DNA of 45,322 nucleotides from a virus. Taxonomy: Duplodnaviria > Caudoviricetes. The DNA lies in IMG/VR virus record IMGVR_UViG_3300022407_001722, positions 1 through 45,322 of that record. One strand, 5' to 3'. The position numbers and the translations under genes are program-made. Below are positions 17,526 to 27,671 of the stretch, in pieces (within the stretch, counting starts at the first letter, position 1; each line of letters starts with the position of its first letter). The notes below the pieces were generated by a model, which saw only the letters and a list, made by a program, of their open reading frames with translations, was not told the DNA's origin and searched no databases.

Positions 17526-18938
17526 ATGGCAGGAATACCTACCTCTAATATTCTGCAACCGGGTGCAATATCGCTCCAGTCACAGAATCGTCAACTGATG
17601 GTTGACTTACAATTATTAACCCCACAGTACTACAAGCAGTACACTCAAAAGTACGGTAACGAAGATTTTACTTGGTGGTTAGCAGCTCATAGCGGCATGG
17701 AAGAAGTTAAAAACTTAAACTACTTCTGGTTTGAAAACCGCGGTAAATTAATGCCGGGTATTACAAACGAATCAACTGTAGCAGCAGGTGTTGGCTCAAC
17801 TTTAACTTTAACTCTTGGTCAAGAAGCGTACTATAACAATGGTACTCAATCTCCACTTAGATTAAAAGAAACATTGCGTGTTGCTTCTTCAAACGTAGAG
17901 GGTGTTATTATCTCAATTGATGATACAACTCCTTATGCTTTTACATTTGAAGTTGCCCCTAAGCAAACTAGTCAGCGTTTTGCTTCAGCTGGTGTTAACT
18001 CATTACTTGCTGGTGAGGTTTTATTATTTGGCGGTGACGCTGATGCTGGTGAAGCTTCAACTCAAATCAATCCTTTAATCCAATTGGATCAAAGATATGA
18101 TAACTATGTAACAGAAATTCGTGATGGTTGGAGCAATACCGACTTAGCACAAATGGCTGAAACATATTATGAGTTCCCTGTATCTCCTGATATGGCTGCA
18201 AATGGTGCTACCGCATTTACATACAAAGGTATGTACAAAACACTTGTACGTTTCAAAAACAACGTAGAAGCTAAATTAATGCGTGGTAACTTACAAAACA
18301 ATAACGCTATTGATTCTAATTCTCAAGGTTCTGTTGGTATCATCCCTAAAGTAGTTGCTGATGGTGAAACTGTTGGTTACACTCCGGGTACTCTTGATAT
18401 TGCTAAACTTCATGAAATTACTCGTATCATGGACGTTAATGGTTGCGCTAAGCAATCTGCTTGGTTGTGTGATATCTTCCAAAGACAAGACTTCAGTGAC
18501 GGTATCTTCGCTGCATACCCTGCTGGTGCTTTCGTTTATGGTCAAGGCGAAAAGTCAAAAGAAGCTTCTGTTGCTTATGGCTTCCAAGAAATCTTCATTG
18601 ACGGTTACTTATTATCTGTTAAGAAGTACTCTCAATTCAACAGTGAGGTTACAACTGGTTTAACTCCTAACGTAGATTACTTCCGTAATTTTGGTTTAAT
18701 CTATCCAATGGGTGAAACTAAGGATGCAAAAACTGCTCAAGCTTACAAGAACATTACTATTATGTATCAACAACCTCCTGTGGGTGGTACTGTTGGTAAC
18801 GGTATTCGTGTATGGCAATTTGGTGGTGGATCTCCTAATCCTACAGATGGTACAATGACTAATCAAATCGCAATGATCACTTATCGTGGTACTCGCGTTT
18901 GTGCAGCAAATCAGTTTATCATTCTTCAAGGTAACTAA
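17526..18938 (+). CDS. Major capsid protein
   Basis: 470 aa; position after scaffold; strongly biased codons (CGT, AAC, TTC) suggesting high expression; followed by a hairpin. Confidence 0.85.
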   Translation: MAGIPTSNILQPGAISLQSQNRQLMVDLQLLTPQYYKQYTQKYGNEDFTWWLAAHSGMEEVKNLNYFWFENRGKLMPGITNESTVAAGVGSTLTLTLGQEAYYNNGTQSPLRLKETLRVASSNVEGVIISIDDTTPYAFTFEVAPKQTSQRFASAGVNSLLAGEVLLFGGDADAGEASTQINPLIQLDQRYDNYVTEIRDGWSNTDLAQMAETYYEFPVSPDMAANGATAFTYKGMYKTLVRFKNNVEAKLMRGNLQNNNAIDSNSQGSVGIIPKVVADGETVGYTPGTLDIAKLHEITRIMDVNGCAKQSAWLCDIFQRQDFSDGIFAAYPAGAFVYGQGEKSKEASVAYGFQEIFIDGYLLSVKKYSQFNSEVTTGLTPNVDYFRNFGLIYPMGETKDAKTAQAYKNITIMYQQPPVGGTVGNGIRVWQFGGGSPNPTDGTMTNQIAMITYRGTRVCAANQFIILQGN

Positions 18939-18962
18939 TAATTAATTACCTTTAATTAATCG

Positions 18963-18999
18963 GGTAGCGGCAACTTTATTGATTGCCGCTACCTATTTT
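18963..18999 (+). terminator. Stem-loop/terminator after major capsid gene
   Basis: GGTAGCGGCAA-N9-TTGCCGCTACC followed by TATTTT. Confidence 0.8.
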
Positions 19000-19019
19000 A
19001 AACATATAAAAACCATTTT

Positions 19020-19910
19020 ATGGCTCGTTTAAAGGCAGTTGGCATACAAGAAGCCAATTTTTCACAACAAAGTGAAGCAGTACAATCAAGACAATACGAA
19101 GAATCTACAGCAGCGCTTAATGATGCTCCCGTAGCTACCGGTAATACTTTTAAAATTTTCAAATTATCAGATACTAAGAAAAATGGTAAATACCATATGG
19201 AAGGTATTGATGATGTTTGGAATGAAAAGAAAGGTAGAATGGAGAGAATTAGACTTTTGAGAGGTTACCCTAGTATTTGGGTAGAAGATCAAAAAGGGCT
19301 AGAAAAGTCATTTGTTGAGCAAAACAGAAGAAGTCTTATTTTTGACAGAAGGGTTTTAAGAGTAGCAGAATATGATGTAGAGGCTCTTGAATTTCTAAGT
19401 CTTTGTAATGCAAATCTTGATAATCCTAATAGAAAAGGTACAAGAAAAGTTACATTTTTCCAATGGAATCCTCAAAGAACAGCGGAGCTTGAACGCGCTA
19501 AGAGAGTTGCTAAAGTTGAAGCTATTAAATACGCTTCATTAGCTTCTGACGAAGATATGCGTAAGCACTGTAATTATCTTGGAATTTCATTTGTAGATGA
19601 ATTAGGTATGCCTAAATCACTAGAAGCATTAAGAAATGACTATGAGCTTTACGCTGAAGCGCAACCTAATAAGTTTATGCAAAGCGCTGGTTCTAAAGAG
19701 GTTGAAATTGCTTTCATTGTTAAAAAGGCATTGATTGACAATAAAATAGACACTACTACTAAGAAAGGTTCAGCTTATTGGTCAGGTGACGGTGGTTTTA
19801 TTTGTAAGATACCTTCAGATAAAAAACCACAGAATTACTTGGTTGATTTTGCAATGTTCCCTCAAGATGAAAGTAAGGCATTTTTAGAGCAATTAAAAAA
19901 GCTAGTTTAA
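19020..19910 (+). CDS. Conserved hypothetical protein downstream of capsid gene
   Basis: 296 aa ORF; position typical of crAss-like head modules. Confidence 0.7.
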   Translation: MARLKAVGIQEANFSQQSEAVQSRQYEESTAALNDAPVATGNTFKIFKLSDTKKNGKYHMEGIDDVWNEKKGRMERIRLLRGYPSIWVEDQKGLEKSFVEQNRRSLIFDRRVLRVAEYDVEALEFLSLCNANLDNPNRKGTRKVTFFQWNPQRTAELERAKRVAKVEAIKYASLASDEDMRKHCNYLGISFVDELGMPKSLEALRNDYELYAEAQPNKFMQSAGSKEVEIAFIVKKALIDNKIDTTTKKGSAYWSGDGGFICKIPSDKKPQNYLVDFAMFPQDESKAFLEQLKKLV

Positions 19911-19931
19911 TACTATCCCCCTTAATAAAAG

Positions 19932-19986
19932 AAGCCCCCGTAGCCTAAAAATTACGGGGCTTTTTTATTAGTTTTTCGTATATTTG
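19932..19986 (+). terminator. Intrinsic terminator followed by a -7 promoter box
   Basis: AAGCCCCCGTA...TACGGGGCTTTTTT (19932-19966); TATATTTG at 19979-19986. Confidence 0.85.
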
Positions 19987-20003
19987 TTGTATAACTTATT
20001 TCA

Positions 20004-20672
20004 ATGAATGTTAATGATATGTATCGTATTTGCCAATATGCGGTTAATAAAGCGCAGAATGGCTATTTGACTCCATCGGAGTTTAATCTGACTATAAATC
20101 AAGCGCAGATTTCATATCAAGATTATTTATTGGGTGAATTTCAGCAATATCAATACGGAAGGCCTCAAGCTAGAATTAATTATAGTCAAAATGAAAACAC
20201 TAGACAAAGGTTAACTCCTTTGATTACAGAATCTACTTTGACTATAAATAGCGGAACCGGAGTTGCTCCAGCACCGGCAGATTTTTTACAAGTTGATGCT
20301 ATGTGGAAGTCTGATGGATTGCATAGAATAAAATTTGTTTCTCAAGATAAATTGTATTCTTATTATAGCAGTCAAATTGATCCAATTGCGGATAATCCAA
20401 TATACTTGTTAGAAAACGATCAATTTCAGTTTTATCCTAAAACATTAGGTACGGCTGTTTTGTCTTATGTAAAATCTGCACCGGATATTGTATGGGGATA
20501 TACAACTGTAAGTGGCAGACCTGTTTATAATGCTGGCACAAGCGTTCAGCCTGTTTGGGCAGAGATAGATATTCTTGAAATTATTACAAGAGCGTTGAAA
20601 TTAGTTGGATTAAATCTACAGGATGGTGCAGTAATGCAGTATGCTAATCAAATAAACCAAACTGGACAATAA
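20004..20672 (+). CDS. Tail ring/head-tail adaptor protein
   Basis: NKAQNGYLTPSEFN...NQAQ N-terminus resembling crAss-like ring proteins. Confidence 0.7.
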   Translation: MNVNDMYRICQYAVNKAQNGYLTPSEFNLTINQAQISYQDYLLGEFQQYQYGRPQARINYSQNENTRQRLTPLITESTLTINSGTGVAPAPADFLQVDAMWKSDGLHRIKFVSQDKLYSYYSSQIDPIADNPIYLLENDQFQFYPKTLGTAVLSYVKSAPDIVWGYTTVSGRPVYNAGTSVQPVWAEIDILEIITRALKLVGLNLQDGAVMQYANQINQTGQ

Positions 20673-21304
20673 TGACTAGGTATCAATTAATAGAAAGAGT
20701 ATTAAGGCAAATATATAACGGGCAGCCGTCTGATGATTCTAATATCACATTTGGATTGGTTAATCAATGGTTAAATGATGCTATTGGGGCAGCAGCTAAA
20801 AAGAATTATACAGACAACATTCAAATGGATGGCGTGTCTTATATAAATAATTCATTTTATACTACTTTTAAGAATTTAGATATATATGCTGAAACAGTAG
20901 ACAATGTTACTTATAGGGTTGATTTACCGTCTATACCTGTTGCACTAGGAAGAAATGAAGGTGTTGCTACATTACAGTTCGTAGGAGATAAAAAAACCTC
21001 ACAAACAGCAATACCTTTAAGTATGAATCAGGTAGCTTATCAAGAGCAATTAAGACCTATCCAAAATAAAATAGCCTACTGGATTGAAGGTGAGAATATT
21101 TATGTAAAAAGTTCAATACCTTTAACATCATATAAAGCAACTTTAAGAATGGTTAGTGGAGGTGATTCAACAGATTTAGATTCAACATTGATAATTCCTG
21201 ATGATTATATGCCAATAGTTATTGATTATATTAAAAATCAATTGGTATTTGAAAAATCAAGACCTATAGATCAAAGTAATGATGGCGTAGATAATAATAA
21301 CTAA
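20672..21304 (+). CDS. Tail ring protein
   Basis: Helix/beta/helix layout with IPDDYMPIVIDY; coupled to the previous gene. Confidence 0.6.
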   Translation: MTRYQLIERVLRQIYNGQPSDDSNITFGLVNQWLNDAIGAAAKKNYTDNIQMDGVSYINNSFYTTFKNLDIYAETVDNVTYRVDLPSIPVALGRNEGVATLQFVGDKKTSQTAIPLSMNQVAYQEQLRPIQNKIAYWIEGENIYVKSSIPLTSYKATLRMVSGGDSTDLDSTLIIPDDYMPIVIDYIKNQLVFEKSRPIDQSNDGVDNNN

Positions 21305-21316
21305 AAATAACAACCA

Positions 21317-21589
21317 ATGAAACCAATTAGAGATTTTGTTTTAGTAAAACCATTTATGGCTGATGAAATTACAGAAGGCGGATTATTTATCCCTGAAGGA
21401 TTTAGGGAGAGAAGTAGCAAAGCAAAAGTAATTTCCGTAGGTCGCGGAACTGCTAAAGTGAAAATGGAAGCGAAAAAAGATGATTGCATTTTTCATATTA
21501 AGGGAGCAGGGGAGCCTGTTGTTGTAGATAATGAATTGCATTTTTTGATTCGCCATAACGATATATTAGCTTATTTTTCAAATAATTAA
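21317..21589 (+). CDS. groES: Co-chaperonin GroES/Cpn10 homolog
   Basis: MKPIRDFVLVK, mobile loop TEGGLFIP, VISVGRG, LIRHNDILA. Confidence 0.92.
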   Translation: MKPIRDFVLVKPFMADEITEGGLFIPEGFRERSSKAKVISVGRGTAKVKMEAKKDDCIFHIKGAGEPVVVDNELHFLIRHNDILAYFSNN

Positions 21590-21591
21590 AA

Positions 21592-22362
21592 ATGTCCCAA
21601 GTAAGAAATTACATAACATTAGATTCAGTTATCAATGATTACATTGATGAAAGTGAACAGTCAGTACACAAATACGCTAAGTTATATAATATTGCTGTGC
21701 GTGGTATGGAGAAACTTGGTCTTGACTTTTTTTACAAAATAAGAACAGTTAAGGTACCTGTTGACACTACTAATTATACTGCACAGTTGCCTAATGATTA
21801 TATAAGCTATACTAAGATAGGTGTATTAAACTCTGTTGGAGAAATTATCCCATTGAAGTTTAATAGTAAAATGACATTTTATGGAGATCAACAGCCAAAC
21901 AGATTGGCTTTGACTCAAGATGATACTTTGGCAACATGGTATCAAACAGATTTGCCTTTATGGTTTAATTATTGGGATGGATATGGTTTTCAGAATATTT
22001 ATGGATTACCTAGCGGCTCTCCATTTGTTGGTCAATTTAATATTGATGATTCAAATGGTGTGGTTCTTTTAAATCAGTATTTTTATTATTCTTATTTGAT
22101 GATAGAATATTTATCTAGCGGTAATCCAGAAGAAACATTCTCTATACCTATTCAATTTAGAGAAGCATTGCTTGCATGGATTTCTTGGAGAGATATTGCT
22201 TCTATGCCATCTACCAGAAGAGGTAATTTAGGTGATAAGAGAGATAGAAAGCAGGAATTTTATAATCAAAGAAGAATAGCTAACGCTCAATTTAAGCCTT
22301 TATACTTAATGCAAGGATATGAATTGAATTTAGATACCCAAAGAATGACTGTTAAGGCATAA
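21592..22362 (+). CDS. Tail ring/tubular protein
   Basis: LPNDYISYTKIG and IPIQFREALLAWI motifs of tail tubular/ring proteins. Confidence 0.7.
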   Translation: MSQVRNYITLDSVINDYIDESEQSVHKYAKLYNIAVRGMEKLGLDFFYKIRTVKVPVDTTNYTAQLPNDYISYTKIGVLNSVGEIIPLKFNSKMTFYGDQQPNRLALTQDDTLATWYQTDLPLWFNYWDGYGFQNIYGLPSGSPFVGQFNIDDSNGVVLLNQYFYYSYLMIEYLSSGNPEETFSIPIQFREALLAWISWRDIASMPSTRRGNLGDKRDRKQEFYNQRRIANAQFKPLYLMQGYELNLDTQRMTVKA

Positions 22363-22365
22363 GAT

Positions 22366-25300
22366 ATGATAATAAATACTCCTTTTAGTGGAAAATTAAA
22401 CCTAGATGATGCGGAATACAGAATCAATAATAATGATTATGTAGATGCATTAAACGTCACAAAAGACGCACAAGGTCGTGGTCAAGATAGAGTAGTTTCT
22501 AATATTTTAGGCAATACTATAATAAGCTACAGTTTGCCAAGTGGAGTAAGTAAAGTTATTGGATTTTATGGAGATAAGGTAAGAAATAGGGCTTATTATT
22601 TTATATGGAATAGTGATGGTTTTCATACTATTGCTTACTATGATTTAAATACACAATCAATTGTAACGGTTCTTCAGAGTAAAACAGATAGTAACGGGGT
22701 TGATATTTTAAATTTTAATCCTTCTTACAAAGTTTTATCTATTAACATATATTATAGGGATTTAGAAGGAGATTTAATATTCTTTAATGATGGATATAAT
22801 CCCCCTAGAAACTTAAATGTAAATGATATATATGGCACTAACTGGATTGCGGATTATTTGCTAGTTGCAAAAGCTCCTCCAGTAATGCCTCCTCAGGTTA
22901 CTTATGAGAATGATACTACAATTACTATTAATAATTTAAGGAACAAGTTATTCCAGTTTTCTTACAGATATGTTTACGATAATTTTGAAAAGTCTGTATG
23001 GAGTTCAAAAAGTATAGTTCCGTTGCCTCAACAGCCATCATTAACGCTAACAAATGATATAAGTCCTAATCCTCCAACACCAGCAGACACTTATAACTCA
23101 AGAATTGCTGTTAACTTTTCAACAGGAGGCCCTAATGTAAAAGCTATTGAACTTTGTTTTAGAGAAACATTAAGCAGTGGTACTAGTGATTGGTTTTTGA
23201 TACAATCTTTTGATAAGGCCGCACTTACAATAAACGATAACGATATTTATTATTTTAGATTCTATAATGATACAATATATACGCAAATTGATGTTCTTGA
23301 GGCTGACCAATTGCAAGACTGGGTTCCTCAAAGAGCAAATGCATCTGAGCTTGCTAATGGTAATGTATTATTGTATGCAGGTATATTAGAGGGCTATGAT
23401 AAGACGGCTGTTGATTTAGAAGCAACTACATATTCAACCGCATCAAGTTATTATTATGACCAATGTGGCATATCTTTTTTTGCTGCTGTAAATGGTAACG
23501 ATAGTGGAGCTGGAACCACAATGGATATATATCTTTATGGTACAGGTACAAATGGTGTGAATGGTAATGTTACCGAATTAAATAATGCGGCAGGAACATA
23601 TTTTATAAATTCTTTTAGTTCAGGCGGAACTGATTTAAGTACATCTTATGCCACGACAGGGATTACTACTAATTATTTAGTAAGTGATATTTTAGCTGGC
23701 ATATCTGCTGCTATGGTTTTGGAAGGATATACTCAAGTTTCATTGGTTGGCAATAAGCTTACTATGTCTTTAGCAGGTGGATTTGTATTGACATCAACAG
23801 CTTTTGCTACTATACCTGCATTGGATAATGATAATACGAGATTTGCAAATGTTTGGAATGGTAGTTACCAGTACGGTATTCAATACTTTGATGCACAAGG
23901 TAGAACTATTGGTACACAAACATCACCAAGTGCGGTAATTAACACACCATCAAGAGTTCTTGCTGATGATTTTCCTTTGGTTAATTTATCTATATTAAAT
24001 AGACCTCCATTATATGCTTCTTATTATCAGATTGTAAGATCAAATAACACAACTTATAATAAACGTCTTTGTTGGGTAAGTGAATCCGCTTATACCTCAT
24101 TGCCTTCTGGTGTGGATGGTACTAAGTTTGTTTACATAGGTATTAATAATATTCAAGATTATAATGAACAAATTAGTTCAACCCAAAATGTTGTAGCTTA
24201 TAATTATACAGAAGGAGATAGAATTAAGTTCATAAGGAGATATGATGTTTCTGGAACAGCTCAAGATATTACTAGTCAATTTGATTATGAAATAGTTGGT
24301 ACTGTTTCTACAATTGAATATACCACAACAAGTAATAACAATACTAACACATCAGTTGGTAATTTCTTAAAATTAAGATACCCAACTAGTGACATTGATG
24401 CAACATTTCAATTTCCGGGTACAGAAAATTTTCAGCACTACGAAATATTATTATATAATTACACCAATAATGCTTCTTCAACTCAGAGGTTTTTCTATGA
24501 GTTTGGAAAGCAATATGGCATTGGTGATGTAGGTTTGCCAACAAGGTATCATTTTGGTTTAACAAAACTTGCTAATGGCGGAGCAACTCTTGCTATTAAT
24601 AATGGAGATTTGTTTTATAGACTTAGAAATGTACCATTTAGTGATAAATATGAATACACATCTGGAGTATTTAGTATTGGAGTAACTGGTGCTTTTGTAT
24701 CAAGAAGCGTATCATTTCCAATAACAGTTGATACAACTATTGATAATGCCTCGTATAGAATACAAACGCAACCCAATGTTGATGTAGCTTTAACGGGCGC
24801 AAGTTATCCGGTTTGGTCCGACACTGGTTATTTTTTCTATAATAAATCAAGCGTTTTAGGAAATGATAGGGTAGTATCAATAAAAGGTTCTTTTGTTATG
24901 TCGTCTGATGGTGGTTCTACTTTTTCAGTATATGCTCTTATTGTAACAAACTTAATACCATATGCTGCTAAATTTACAGTTTCATTACTTCCCATAGAAG
25001 TAAATGATATAGTTCAAAACACTCCTACAACATTTGCAATTGACAAAAGAATTAGTGTACCTCCAACGGGTAAGGTATATATAGTAGCTAAATCTACAAA
25101 TGACAGTGTTGGTTCTAATAATATAATTGTTGAGCCAATGACGTTTGAGTTCAATGTATTGAAAGGTGTTACAATTGAAATTATAGAAAGTAGTTTTAAT
25201 GATACATATAATTTGATTACAAATAGTAATGGTAGAGCTTCAGTAATAGATGAAAATGCTTCTCAAACATATTTTCCTACATTAATTAGATTTGGTCAAG

Positions 25301-25998
25301 CTTATCAATCAAATACAAATCTTAATGCCACAAATAGATTTATTTATGAAGATTTTGACGAGTATGATAGATCATTTGGTGATGTCTTAAGACTTCATGT
25401 TAGAGATAGATACCTAAAGGTTTACCAGAACTTCAAAGTTGGTAATGTACCTATTTTAACTCAGATTGTTAAAGATGTAACCGGAAACCCATTACAAGCT
25501 AATAGTAATCAATTGATTAATAAAATTCAGTATTATGCTGGAGATTATGGAATTGGCGATGCTGCCACAAGTCTTGCATGGAATAACTTTGCAGACTATT
25601 TTGTAGATAACTACAGAGGTGTGGTTTGTAGACTGGCTCAGGATGGAATAACTCCAATTAGTATTACTAATAATACAAATGCTTTCTTTGTAGCTACTTT
25701 GGCTGCCTATAGGCAAGATTTAAATAATGGGGTACCTGCAACTGGGGCTGTATATTCTGGAAATCCTTGTATTTATGGTGTGTTTGATGCTAATACCAAC
25801 AAGTATATTATTGCAATGGAGGAAATTAATAGGTATTTACCTCCTTCTACAACTACTACAACTTCCGGTCCTACAACAACAACAACTTCAACCACTACAA
25901 CAACTACAACGGCGGCACCGACTACAACGACTACCACAAGTACTACCACAACTACATTAGCACCAGCAAGCACAACAACTACTATAGGTCCAATATAA
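22366..25998 (+). CDS. Tail nozzle/muzzle (stabilization) protein, N-terminal part, with long poly-Thr tail
   Basis: GKLNLDD...DYVDALNV, FFNDGYNPPR, FSYRYVY, GNVLLYAG, YYAGDYGI, RLAQDGITPIS; ends in a Thr/Pro tract of about 50 aa. Confidence 0.8.
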   Translation: MIINTPFSGKLNLDDAEYRINNNDYVDALNVTKDAQGRGQDRVVSNILGNTIISYSLPSGVSKVIGFYGDKVRNRAYYFIWNSDGFHTIAYYDLNTQSIVTVLQSKTDSNGVDILNFNPSYKVLSINIYYRDLEGDLIFFNDGYNPPRNLNVNDIYGTNWIADYLLVAKAPPVMPPQVTYENDTTITINNLRNKLFQFSYRYVYDNFEKSVWSSKSIVPLPQQPSLTLTNDISPNPPTPADTYNSRIAVNFSTGGPNVKAIELCFRETLSSGTSDWFLIQSFDKAALTINDNDIYYFRFYNDTIYTQIDVLEADQLQDWVPQRANASELANGNVLLYAGILEGYDKTAVDLEATTYSTASSYYYDQCGISFFAAVNGNDSGAGTTMDIYLYGTGTNGVNGNVTELNNAAGTYFINSFSSGGTDLSTSYATTGITTNYLVSDILAGISAAMVLEGYTQVSLVGNKLTMSLAGGFVLTSTAFATIPALDNDNTRFANVWNGSYQYGIQYFDAQGRTIGTQTSPSAVINTPSRVLADDFPLVNLSILNRPPLYASYYQIVRSNNTTYNKRLCWVSESAYTSLPSGVDGTKFVYIGINNIQDYNEQISSTQNVVAYNYTEGDRIKFIRRYDVSGTAQDITSQFDYEIVGTVSTIEYTTTSNNNTNTSVGNFLKLRYPTSDIDATFQFPGTENFQHYEILLYNYTNNASSTQRFFYEFGKQYGIGDVGLPTRYHFGLTKLANGGATLAINNGDLFYRLRNVPFSDKYEYTSGVFSIGVTGAFVSRSVSFPITVDTTIDNASYRIQTQPNVDVALTGASYPVWSDTGYFFYNKSSVLGNDRVVSIKGSFVMSSDGGSTFSVYALIVTNLIPYAAKFTVSLLPIEVNDIVQNTPTTFAIDKRISVPPTGKVYIVAKSTNDSVGSNNIIVEPMTFEFNVLKGVTIEIIESSFNDTYNLITNSNGRASVIDENASQTYFPTLIRFGQAYQSNTNLNATNRFIYEDFDEYDRSFGDVLRLHVRDRYLKVYQNFKVGNVPILTQIVKDVTGNPLQANSNQLINKIQYYAGDYGIGDAATSLAWNNFADYFVDNYRGVVCRLAQDGITPISITNNTNAFFVATLAAYRQDLNNGVPATGAVYSGNPCIYGVFDANTNKYIIAMEEINRYLPPSTTTTTSGPTTTTTSTTTTTTTAAPTTTTTTSTTTTTLAPASTTTTIGPI

Positions 25999-26009
25999 AA
26001 TTTAATTAA

Positions 26010-26555
26010 ATGGCAAATACATTATATTTTCATCAAGATCCATTTACAATATGTTTTTCAGAGCCTGATAATGCTTTTGAATCATTTTACTCTTATCACC
26101 CTGAATTTATGGGTGAGGTAAATACTACCATGTTTACGTTTAAGAATGGCGGTATCTGGAAGCATGGAACGAGTCCTTATTGTAATTTCTATGGAGTTCA
26201 ATATAACGCATCAATAACTCCAGTATTTAACTCAAATTCATTGGATAAAAAGACTTGGGTTTCTGTTATGGAAACGGGGAACACAGTATGGGCTTGCCCG
26301 GATATATATACCCAGATGGAAAGTGCCGGTACTAGGCAGGATAGTGAGCTTTTAGCAACAGACTTCCAAGACCTAGAATCCGAGTATCATGCTTCATTTT
26401 TAAGGGACTCAAATAGTCCCGGCGGCCTGATTGAAGGGGATAGCCTGAAGGGTAATTATATGGTTATAAAATTTGAGAAAGCAAGTGCAAATTCTTTCGT
26501 ATATTTGAACAGCGCAACGACTAAATATATTAATTCGCCATTAAATAATAGGTAA
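26010..26555 (+). CDS. Probable C-terminal part of nozzle/muzzle as a separate gene
   Basis: TICFSE...SFYSYHPE...FTFKNGGIWKH...NFYGVQY...EGDSLKGNY, resembling the usual muzzle C-terminus. Confidence 0.65.
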   Translation: MANTLYFHQDPFTICFSEPDNAFESFYSYHPEFMGEVNTTMFTFKNGGIWKHGTSPYCNFYGVQYNASITPVFNSNSLDKKTWVSVMETGNTVWACPDIYTQMESAGTRQDSELLATDFQDLESEYHASFLRDSNSPGGLIEGDSLKGNYMVIKFEKASANSFVYLNSATTKYINSPLNNR

Positions 26556-27052
26556 TGATTATTAGGGAAAATGACAGTATAGTTGATAATTTAGAAGCAG
26601 CTATAATGGAATGTCCTAATGAATTAATAGATGCGCCACTGGTTCATAAATTTACGGATGGTATGTATATTAGAGAAATATTTATGCCAGCCGGTTCTTT
26701 ATGGACAAGTAAAATACATAAAACGGAGCATCCGTATGTTGTATCTTATGGTAAAGTGGTTGTATCAGTAGACGCGCAAGAGTGGTATGAAATAACGGCT
26801 CCTTATACTGGTATTACAAAACCCGGAACAAGGAGAGTTTTATTTATATTGGAAGATTGTATTTGGACTACATTTCACAGAATAGATGGAATGAAATCTG
26901 ATTACAATGATTTAAGTGAAGAAGAAATAGTGAAGATAGTAGAGGGGATAGAAGATAAAATATTAGAACCACATATAAATCTTATAACAGGCACTGATAT
27001 TGGTAAAGAATATAAAAAAATATTGAATAATACTAAAAATTTAGAATTATGA
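26555..27052 (+). CDS. Cupin-like protein
   Basis: HKFTDGMYIREIFMPAG...KIHKTEH...PGTRR...WTTFH. Confidence 0.7.
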   Translation: MIIRENDSIVDNLEAAIMECPNELIDAPLVHKFTDGMYIREIFMPAGSLWTSKIHKTEHPYVVSYGKVVVSVDAQEWYEITAPYTGITKPGTRRVLFILEDCIWTTFHRIDGMKSDYNDLSEEEIVKIVEGIEDKILEPHINLITGTDIGKEYKKILNNTKNLEL

Positions 27053-27657
27053 GTTTTGCAGCATTAGGAGTCGCCGGTACAATTGCAGCGGCAAGTTCGG
27101 CGGTATCCATTGGCGCAGGAGCATTTACAGCAGCTAAAGCGCGTAAGCAACAAAGAAATGCTCAGGCTGAACTTGATAGATTATCCCAAAATTCTCCATT
27201 AAAAAAAGAAAGCAAGGGTGTTAATGATTATTATCAAGAAGCCCTGAATAGATATAAGGAAAATCCTTATCAATCAGCCGCATATCAACAAGCTATGCAA
27301 AATGCTAGAAGAACAACCGCTTCTGGATTAAGTGCATTGCAAGATAGAAGATCTGCTATTGGTGGTATATCTAAATTAGGGGGTATAGAAAGAGGCGCTT
27401 CTCAGGGTGCTATTGCTCAAGGAGAACAAATGAAAGCTCAAAGATTTAATCAATTAGGTCAAGCTACTCAAATGAAAAAAGGAGCAGAAGATGAATTATT
27501 TGATATTAATAAAATGACTCCATATCAACGTAAACTTCAATTAGAGCAAATGAAGGGAGCTGCCGCAGGGGAAAGATATAATGCAGGTATGCAGATGATA
27601 GGACAAGGATTAAGTTCAGCTAGTACTTATGCTACTGCTAAATATAAAGATAAATAA
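27049..27657 (+). CDS. Putative internal virion/ejection protein
   Basis: Ala/Gly hydrophobic N-terminus and Q/A-rich helices; located after the nozzle. Confidence 0.65.
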   Translation: MSFAALGVAGTIAAASSAVSIGAGAFTAAKARKQQRNAQAELDRLSQNSPLKKESKGVNDYYQEALNRYKENPYQSAAYQQAMQNARRTTASGLSALQDRRSAIGGISKLGGIERGASQGAIAQGEQMKAQRFNQLGQATQMKKGAEDELFDINKMTPYQRKLQLEQMKGAAAGERYNAGMQMIGQGLSSASTYATAKYKDK

Positions 27658-27671
27658 TAAATACTTAATAA

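Noticed and set aside
18291-18929. Overlapping alternate ORFs within the capsid gene, and similar ones in TerL, portal and the 1712-aa gene
   Set aside because: Explained by the codon bias of the main frame; no recognisable protein features
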